A DNA stretch of 55,096 bases, filler included, from Sphacelaria rigidula (Eukaryota): the NCBI GenBank assembly GCA_964200075.2. It is 4 parts of 4 records of this genome, joined end to end, with 100 filler letters (N's around TTAATTAATTAA, not from the genome) between each part and the next. Parts side by side here need not be neighbours in the genome. Positions count along the whole stretch, not along the records: positions 41,401 to 55,096 come from CAXNAA020002715.1; 3 more parts are not named here. One strand, given 5' to 3'. Every line of letters starts with the position of its first letter. Positions within the stretch are counted from its first letter, which is position 1. Of this stretch, positions 47,016 through 55,096 are shown piece by piece. The position numbers and the translations under genes were made by a program. The notes below the pieces were generated by a model. That model made no database searches. It had not been told where the DNA came from and saw only the letters and a program-made list of their open reading frames with translations.

Positions 47016-49040
47016 GGATCAGAATAAACACCGTATGCTGCATTAAGACTGCAAGGTTGCAATCGTAACCACCTGCTGTACCGATAACTCACCTTCTACA
47101 CGAGAAATAGATAACTGCCCCAAGGTACGACAAGTACTCCTCAACACACTCCTACCGTACCGTGCTGTCTGTACAGTCACTACCGTGCAGCAAGCACGCA
47201 CATGCAGTGGTGGTTCCACCATTGTGTTGTGCGCTGGGTTTGCCAACCTCATAAAACCTCACTAGTATACTAACCTGCAGGGTGATGGAACCCCCACTAT
47301 ATTGCTGTTACTGGACAGTGTCTACCATCGCCATCATCTCGGCATCAGGGGGTGTTCCTCCTTCGGACAGAGATCATCCCCACCCCACCCCCCCTCGTCA
47401 GGTCTCTCCAAGGGTTGGCCTGGGTTGGCAACGAGTCCATGAAATATGCCACTCACTGCGTAAGCTAGGCAATCGCAAATATCGGCGGCGCAGCAGCCTC
47501 GATTGTACGCATAAGCAGTTGAACCTCGAGTGTTCAAAGCATGGATGTGGAGCAGACGGGCACTTCTATTGGAGTCATGTTTTGAAAACGACTCTAGAAA
47601 TACTAGATATCGCATGTTTTCCAATTTGGGGGATACACAGCACGTTGTACATCGTACGTTTTGTCCCGGGCTTCACTTCATGCGGTACGGTCTGTACGCT
47701 GTGCTGCTCTTGTCCATGTGCCTATAGTCTCGGCACAGCAACTCGTAGACCTGAATCGTGTGATTTTTCCAGTGTGACGACCACGATCTCTGCTCTTTCG
47801 ATGGTAAATGGCACACAATAGTTTTATCTGCTATAACCCGTCCTGTGCCCGTGGTTTCTTGAGCGCTACCTAGCTTGAGCCGGTCAGGCCGCCAAGATCA
47901 CAGATCCTGGATTATGACAGTGGCAACGTCAACTTCAGAGACAAACTTACGGAAAACATTCTTCGTGGGAGACTGCCAGCCTCTGTCTTGCGACTTGATT
48001 CCCTTCAGTATCGACTTGAACAAAGCTGTTCGTTCATTGCGGTCGTGTGGATACTCTTATTCTTTATGATGCCGTGTGTCTCAAGATCAGCATGAGCCGC
48101 GCATCCAAGGGGCTACCGTCGAGCACACTTTACTCGTGTATGACTTGTGCGTAGTTTACTAACCTTCCACCCGGAATAACACCCCTGCCGGCGATGAGTT
48201 TTCGGCTTTTTTTGGAAACCATACCAGCGCCCACCGTGCCTTACTGGGGTAAAGGTAGTTCTCACCCTTCGCATGTACGACCCCTGGGAGACGAATCCTC
48301 GGTCTCGAAAACTCATCACTCGGGGGTAATATGTAAACACCGCAATTCTTCAGGAAGCGATATACATAACTTACTGATGAATGTATCTGCATTACATATC
48401 CTCCGCGGCAGGAGAGCAGACTATAAAACATCCGATTCATGACTGTACAGGAGTGACATGTACAGGAGCATGGTGAACGGTAGTACCTCCACAGTAGTGC
48501 AATCAGTACAGTGAGATCCCGTGCATCGCTGTACGGCTAAATATCAAAGGGCAAATGACAGATCCAGGTACAATACGTGCAAGTTTACGGCCACAAAGAG
48601 GTACCGGTTGTCCCACAACGCAAACGCCTGGATTTACGGCCACGTGAAGAGTCGAATTGGTAGCATACCTGATATTTGTTCGAGACTCATACCTGACCTC
48701 ACCACTGCACCCGAACCTGGCGACATGTACAGTAGGGTGATTGGGAGGAGCAGCACAGTGACGAGCTGTAAAATAGCGCTGAACGTATGCTATGCCAGAG
48801 ATACCGCTCTCAGGCTACGGTATACAGAGTACAAGACGAATGATACGGATCTTTGGGAAAAAATGTTGAAAAAGGGCATCTCGCTGTACTGTTACCATTG
48901 GCCGCTCGTCAGAATGCTCACTCTCCGACGAGATGCAATGCCCCTTCCTATCGGAGGAGTTGCCATGATGCTGATGAGCGCACAGCGGTAACAGACCAGC
49001 GAGATGCTCCGTTCCAAAAACTGGTTTTCACCCTAGGATA

Positions 49041-49215
49041 ATCAGATCCAGATCTTCAAAGGGCTGACCGTCTCAAGTAAGCGCTCCTATGGTGCGCAGG
49101 ATGCGTGTTCGCTCCATTCGGCGCCCTGCTCTGCCAGCACACACTCTGCAAAGGACCCCAGATGCACATCCCTCGTTCGAAGGTTCTCGGTGTGCCTCGG
49201 GTTGGGGTTGGGTTT
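49041..49215 (+). mobile_element. telo-MITE family fragment
   Basis: GATCTTCAAAGGG...GCGCTCCTA...TTCGGCGCC...GGTTCTCGGTGTGCCTCGGGTTGGGGTTGGG. Confidence 0.7.
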
Positions 49216-49556
49216 GAACGATACAGTACACGAAAAGTGACCACGTGCCGTGAGAGTCAGAGTAATTATTCCTTTTTTTCTTCCTTTACCCTTCCGATTG
49301 CTCGAAGAGCTGATGGGCGACCAATCGGAAGGACAGAAGAACAAGATAAATACCGAAACCGTCAGAATCACTCTCACCCTCACGGCGCGTTCTCACTTGT
49401 CTTGTCTCGTTTAAACACGGCCTTAGGAAAAGAGCTGGAGTTACACCCAAAGTATGACAACCACGGTGATTTGAGGACGAACTGGCGTAAGCACGCATCA
49501 TGGTCGTTCACTGTAGGGCATTTTGATGAAACTAAAACTAATAGTAATAGTAATAG

Positions 49557-49774
49557 AGGTACCACAAACTCGAGGCTCCTGGTATATTTGACCGTAAATT
49601 ACTGTGACACTAGTTCACAGTCAGATATATCAGAAACCTCGAGTTTGAGATAGCTTCAGCAATAATAATTGTAATGACAAATACAAAATTGACGTATCTC
49701 AAACCCGAGATTCCTGGTATTTTTTACAGTAATTTACAGCGGAATATATTGGGAACCTCGAGCTTGAGATACCT
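49557..49774. mobile_element. Two adjacent copies of an 80-100-bp hairpin MITE (49557-49655, 49692-49774)
   Basis: TIR consensus AGGTATCTCAAACTCGAGGTTCC; further copies at 54285-54367 and a partial one at about 22850-22914. Confidence 0.75.
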
Positions 49775-50052
49775 CCTATAATAATAATCTTCATGAAAGT
49801 AGCAATGAAGTCCCTCGTTTGTTTCGACCTCCGAACGGTGACCGACCCACTTCACGTGCGGAGGTTGCGATGCACGATTACCCGTGTCTTAGTACCAAAC
49901 TGAGTGTGCATGTGTACGTACGTTTTACACTGTACTGTCGTGCACGCCCTTGTCAGTCACGACACTGATGCTGCAGTGCTATTATGCCGCCTCGATGGGT
50001 TGCCGTCGGTTGCAGTACTTTGTTTTCACGTGCGTGGATCTTTTGGGGCTTA

Positions 50053-50853
50053 GGGCGTGTCTTAGCACTTTTTTTTCGATCGAAAAAGTGCGGTCGATTT
50101 TTTTTGGCCGATCCCATAGGTCCACCGCATTTATGTTCCTCAAAGGCTTCAACTCAAAATTAAAATTAGCGGCGCGCGGAGATGCAACGAGGTGAAAAAC
50201 AATCGTTTTCGATCAAAAACATGCGGTCGAAAGGCACGAAGCGGCACTCGACTCCTATCTTACAGACCACCGCGCAAAATAAGACCTGTTCATGGGACCA
50301 TGCAAACTTCATCCACCTCATTCTCAGCCACCACCGCAACCCTGCAGCATAGAGCACGAGTTGAGCACAGGGATAGACTACAGTAGTTGGATGTGCTTTG
50401 TTTGTTTTTTGTGGGCGAAAACTTGCGCATCTTCTCTCATGGTGAGCATCAGGGACGGAACTGCGTGGTAGGGTGGGCAACCGAGTTGGGTGCACGCTCA
50501 TGGACAGTGCAGGCAGTACAAAGCTGCAAGTTGCTGAAGTTTTTTTCACGTCGCGTTGTAAGCAGATAGAACTGATAGTCCTGGGCTGTCTGCACTGCAC
50601 GTTGCCCTTTATATCCTCCTGCATGAAACACGCACACACTCACTCAAGACACCCTACTTGCAAGCAGTCCAGTCAGTACAGACTGCACTGTACACGAGTG
50701 ACCATGCACCGTTTCACAAATTTCACCGTCTTTTATTGATCGAAAGCTTGAAAATCCATCCAGACCCAACTGCATCAAAACGATAATTTTTCGCTCAGAC
50801 CGATTTCACCGCCTCATTTTTTCGATCGAAAAGAAAAGTTCTAAGACAGGCCC
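50053..50853. mobile_element. 801-bp PIF/Harbinger-like non-autonomous element carrying about 330 bp shared with the CACAC family
   Basis: TIRs of about 45 bp: GGGCGTGTCTTAGCACTTTTTTTTCGATCGAAAAA vs reverse-complemented GGGCCTGTCTTAGAACTTTTCTTTTCGATCGAAAAA; flanks TTA and GTA; about 50288-50620 matches about 470-800 and 28310-28685. Confidence 0.72.
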
Positions 50854-53589
50854 GTAGGCGTGCATGACTTCTCCTTGTTGGCACTCGTTTCCCCCGATGC
50901 TGTTGACCTGTGGATGCGTTGTCTGTCGCGGGCAAATTCGGTAGCCGAATCCGAATCTTCGCACTCAAGAAGGCTGTGAAATTTATGTTGCCACTGTTGC
51001 ACCAGCGGAAATATGACATTACAGGTCCTCGGAATCCGAATCCGCCACAACGAGGTGAAATTCGCGCGGGGTTCAGGTATCAAACACACGTACAGGTTTC
51101 GGGGAAAAGGTGCAGGACTACACTAACACTGTATGGTGTATACAGTGTTATACAGTACCTGCGGCCTTTGGTGCACGAACAGGAATGCGGCTGTTTTGGC
51201 CGACTACACGGCCGTAAATTCAGGTATGTGTGCATTGCGGTACAGCCTGTACCTGTTTGTGGCCGAAAAAGGTCCAGGCATACCTGGATCCGTCCTTCGC
51301 CCCACGGAAAAACTACCGGATACTGGTACTCGTACACAAACACAGTAGTTTGTTCTGTAGTACGAACTTCACTCTCCACAATTTGTCAATTAATATCGTA
51401 GTATTTGCGTTGTGTGCCGCTTGTTCACGAGCGCAAATGATGGATGTGTTGCCCATCGACTCGCACCGCAGAAGGCATTCCCTAATCGTGCCATAGACGA
51501 CAGTATCTAGTGCGTAGGACGAAAGGCAAGGCACCAATTGAAAACCTATCGTCGGGAACGAAGGTTGTGAAGGTGAAGAGTAGATATATCACTATTAATA
51601 GCATGAAAATTGGATGCACTCATGCTGGGGATTATAAACCAGAAGAACGGCTGTACCGCGCTGCCGCAAAAAAACAAGTTGCGACTTGTTCTTCCTATCT
51701 TCTGCATGAAAGATTTCTGCCTGAACTTCGAGAGCATTATCAACAAACCCCGCTAAGCTGCGCAGCATCCGATGTTCTGCCAGAGCTAAAACCTACGAAC
51801 GCCTCACGAACTTGAAACACACGCAGTTCGAGTGGTTCATGCACACGAGAGACATCATGCCTAGGGGGTGAAAAAAACAACACAACAGTGATCAATGATG
51901 GCCGGTTGTGCTGCACAGTATCCCCCAGCATGCATGCAGCCTACCGCAAAAGCGGCAAGAGAACGTCAATCGCATCGCCGATGAATATCACCGCACCACA
52001 CCTGACATTCTTGGACGTCGGGCAGCATTCAGTAGGTCGGGTACATGCATGCTATAGCTGATCCATACCGCACTGGAGTGTTACGATCAGTGCCGTACAA
52101 ATACTGGTCTACTTTACAGGTGTACTGGTGTACTGTATGGTGCTCTGGGTTATTCAGACCTTCACCAAATTTCAAATCCATACAAGGCTCACTCACTTTG
52201 GTATCACAGACTACGGACAAGACAGACTCGGAATATTACGAGCTTGCACTTCCTAGTAGAACCCACAACACACCTTCCAGCATCGTCTCTCTCCATGATG
52301 GACTTCGTTCAGTTAGGCTAACCTCGCTCGTTCCTCGCGCAAGCACTGTTCATTCAATTGCCAGAACAATCGCTTTCGTTCTTCTCAAACCCGCGATCAT
52401 CAGACTGAGATGAGATGTTGCCCTACTCCTGTAATATTGTGGACAGCGATACCAGGAGATTTGCTGTAAAAGCACTATAGAAGAGAGAGAAGGGTTGATT
52501 ATTCATCGATTGGTAGAAAACCAAAGTACCGCAATGGGTTTCAGAGGGAGGAAAATGGCTGTCCCTGCTGATGATGAAAATATGTACATGGCATAAGCTT
52601 GAATAGCACAAGAATAGCACATTGAAAATGCAATTCATTTGGACCATGGCTTTATAAATGCACTGTGTGTATATTGTTCTGTTTCACAAGGGAAGGTCAA
52701 CTCTCAAGGTGCAAGTGTGCGGGACTGGCACACTGTCTGTATCTGTGTGAGAGGCGATTACCCTGGGTACCATGTATGGTTCTACGGGATCGACAACCCG
52801 TGCATCTGCGCAACAGAATCGGAGACTGCTGGATGACTCCCTTACGGTAGGTCGAATGTTACATCACAGGTCCACAGCTCCGCTTGCGCCAAGAAGGAAG
52901 GAGACTGTACGTTGTATAACACCCCTAATGTGAACAGTCTTGAATCTGTACTTGTATAGCGCTGAGTGAGAAAAAATATGTCCTGCACCGTTCTCGATGT
53001 AGTGGTCGCCGAAGTTCCGAAATACATGTGTTCGAGAATTCCCGCTATGGCGGATGTTGCACTCCACCGCCGTATGATGATACAACAACAGTACATTACG
53101 GTCCTAGACAGCACAGGGATAGGGTGCATTACGCTCGGTGCCTGTGACAGCAGCAGTGCAGTCTCTAGCGCGCAATTTGATTGCCAACGCTTTGTACAGA
53201 GTTCCATTTCCTAGGCACGGTTGTATAGCTCAAGTGGCGAGAGTTCTCCGCATTGCTCAACGTGACTCGGATCTGGTACTCCTATTTCTCGTGCGAATTG
53301 GATCTCCAAACAATAGTTTTCAGCAACAAAGACCTGTTGTTGAAAGTTTACAAGCATTGGAGTCACCAATAGCGTCCTTGGGGTCCTCCTGGGTGTCGAT
53401 GATGAGACTCAGCTGAGGGGGAGTTTTATAGCGCAACTTCATGGAATTTATTTGACCGGTGGAGTGATATCATCACCATAGCAGTAGAGGTGAAGCTTTG
53501 GGCGTATATCTATGGTTGACAGCATGACTACAGTACTTAATTGTAGACCTGAGAAAGTTCTGAGAAAATATATGGTTTGGTGCAGGTGG

Positions 53590-53780
53590 ACCCAGCTCGT
53601 CCAGAACGTGCTTTTGTCGAAATCGGCGCCTGCGGCGTCAACTTGAGGTCTGCCAACGCACACTTTGCCTCGGGGGACACCATGCACCCCCCTTGCCCGA
53701 GGGCCTCATAAGCCTTGGGTCGGGGTTAGGGTTTGCGTTATTGTTAGTTCGTTCGAAAAAATCAACCATAGATTTACGCT
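53590..53780 (+). mobile_element. telo-MITE family fragment
   Basis: AAATCGGCGCCTGCGGCGTC..TTGAGGTCTGCCAACGCACACTTTGCC...GGGTCGGGGTTAGGGTTTG. Confidence 0.75.
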
Positions 53781-53903
53781 TCCACCATAGCGGCATGCGC
53801 TCACCATTTTTTTTCGCTTTTGTTCGCGTGCGGAATTTCACAAGAATTGGCTCTTTGAATCGGCGGAGGAATTCACACAACTTGGACTTCGCCGATCAGT
53901 ATA

Positions 53904-54229
53904 GTTCACCACTTGGGAGGGTGGGAAATTTCTCAGATAGTTCGAGTTGATTTCAGTGTGGACAACGAAATGCGGATCTTCAATGGGGCTATGCTCCAAG
54001 CGCGCTCCTAGCTTGCGCAGGACGCGTTTTTATCGAAATCGGCGCCTGGGGTGCCGATTTGAGGTCTGGCAACGCACCCTTTGACCACGAAGCACCCTCC
54101 ACGCCCTCGCCCGAGGGTTCTCGGTGTGCCTTCGTCGGGGTTGGGGTTAGGGTTAGTGTTGGTGTTACGAGTATAGTTGTTCGAACTTTTAAACTTCTGA
54201 AAAATTTCTCACCCTCTCAAGTGGTAAAC
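53904..54229 (+). mobile_element. telo-MITE, complete copy with TIRs of about 34 bp and TA flanks
   Basis: TA|GTTCACCACTTGGGAGGGTGGGAAATTTCTCAGA ... TCTGAAAAATTTCTCACCCTCTCAAGTGGTAAAC|TA; hairpin at 54036-54060; GGGTTGGGGTTAGGGTTAG near 54138-54156. Confidence 0.85.
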
Positions 54230-54284
54230 TAGCCTCGCGCCGATCGTAAGATGCAGTACGCAGTCAGTATACAGTCTGTATTCG

Positions 54285-54367
54285 AGACATCTCAAGCTCG
54301 AGGTTCCCGGTATATTTCAGAGTAATTTATAGCCAGATATATCGGGAACCACGACTTTGAGATACCT
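54285..54367. mobile_element. 83-bp hairpin MITE, same family as 49557-49774
   Basis: ATCTCAAGCTCGAGGTTCCCGGTATAT ... ATATATCGGGAACCACGACTTTGAGAT. Confidence 0.75.
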
Positions 54368-54791
54368 TTACTGAAATAGTGATGTAGTCCTTCGGTTTAC
54401 CCCGGACATTGCGAGCCTCGCCTTGGAACATTTCCGCGGGCTGACAGTCCACGAAGATCCAGGATTTTCAGCAGGCGGAGGGTTGATTTTTGAGGGGAGT
54501 GTGGGTTCCTGTTCGCAGCACAACAAGAAAGCTCACCAGGTCAACGATGTGTGTTCGGAAGTTTCCCGTACAACATTCTAAGCCGAGATAGAGGCTCGAG
54601 AGTGAAGTGCAGATGGGCTACAGTACCTCGCAGCGAAGCCGTATTCGGTCATTTGGGTATTTATTTATTTATTCCTTCCTTTCGTCCTTCCTTTCCTTCT
54701 TGATATTTAACTTTTCTCAAGTTTCCTCCCGCGACTCGTTCCGTTTCGCACACCGTGGTTATGCCTGTCTTGTGAACATGGCTGTATTCCA

Positions 54792-55096
54792 CAGGCACCG
54801 TGGGTAAGGTACGGTACAGAGCGTACGTACCCCCGGTATTTACCGAGGTATTCCATATCGTGGTGTTATGTGCGTAGGTATCGTAGGTATGAGTTTTGAA
54901 AATACCGGATTGGGCGGGTACGGTAGGTATTAAAATCTCGAAATACCCTGGCATCGTAGTTATCGTAGGTATGAGTTATGAAGATACCGGACTGGGCGAG
55001 TACGGTAGGTATTAAAATCTCGAAATACCCTGGTATCGTAGGTATCGTAGGTATGAGATTTAAAAAAACGGGATGGGCGGGGTACGGGGGAGAGTG
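54792..55096 (+). mobile_element. hAT-like element end with an 82-bp subterminal tandem array, running off the window end
   Basis: Starts CAGGCACCG, matching 13802-13865 inverted; G(G/T)TATCGTAGGTATGAG recurs at 54877, 54959 and 55041. Confidence 0.7.

Noticed and set aside
51510..52413. ORFs 51510-51815 and 52045-52413 as a gene or gag relic
   Set aside because: No recognisable motif or consistent splice structure.

Overview
Eukaryotic, repeat-saturated DNA; nothing prokaryotic or viral (no operons, rRNA or CRISPR). The window is not one locus: it is four contigs (1-13701, 13802-27502, 27603-41300, 41401-55096; lengths 13701, 13701, 13698, 13696) joined by identical 100-bp N44-TTAATTAATTAA-N44 spacers, i.e. 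a size-sorted concatenation, so relationships across spacers reflect dispersed repeats only. Content: one decayed APE-RT LINE (about 9.65-13.6 kb), a heavily decayed Ty1/copia pol relic (about 29.4-32.5 kb), two tRNA-derived SINE families (9 and 3 copies), several families of non-autonomous DNA transposons/MITEs (CACAC-terminal with 2-bp TSD, piggyBac-like TTAA, Harbinger-like, hAT-like, and a TA-flanked family carrying telomere-like TTAGGG repeats), long fold-back palindromes, and one convincing spliced minus-strand gene or pseudogene for a coiled-coil protein of about 204 aa (36881-40381). Splice signals and repeat content suggest a brown alga or other stramenopile, but this is inference. 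Most ORFs in the supplied track are spurious. The most notable observations are the same exon-like cargo carried between two unrelated TIR types and the telomere-repeat-bearing MITE family. I cannot support a wholly new protein-based system from this sequence alone. All alignments were done by eye and approximate boundaries are flagged.
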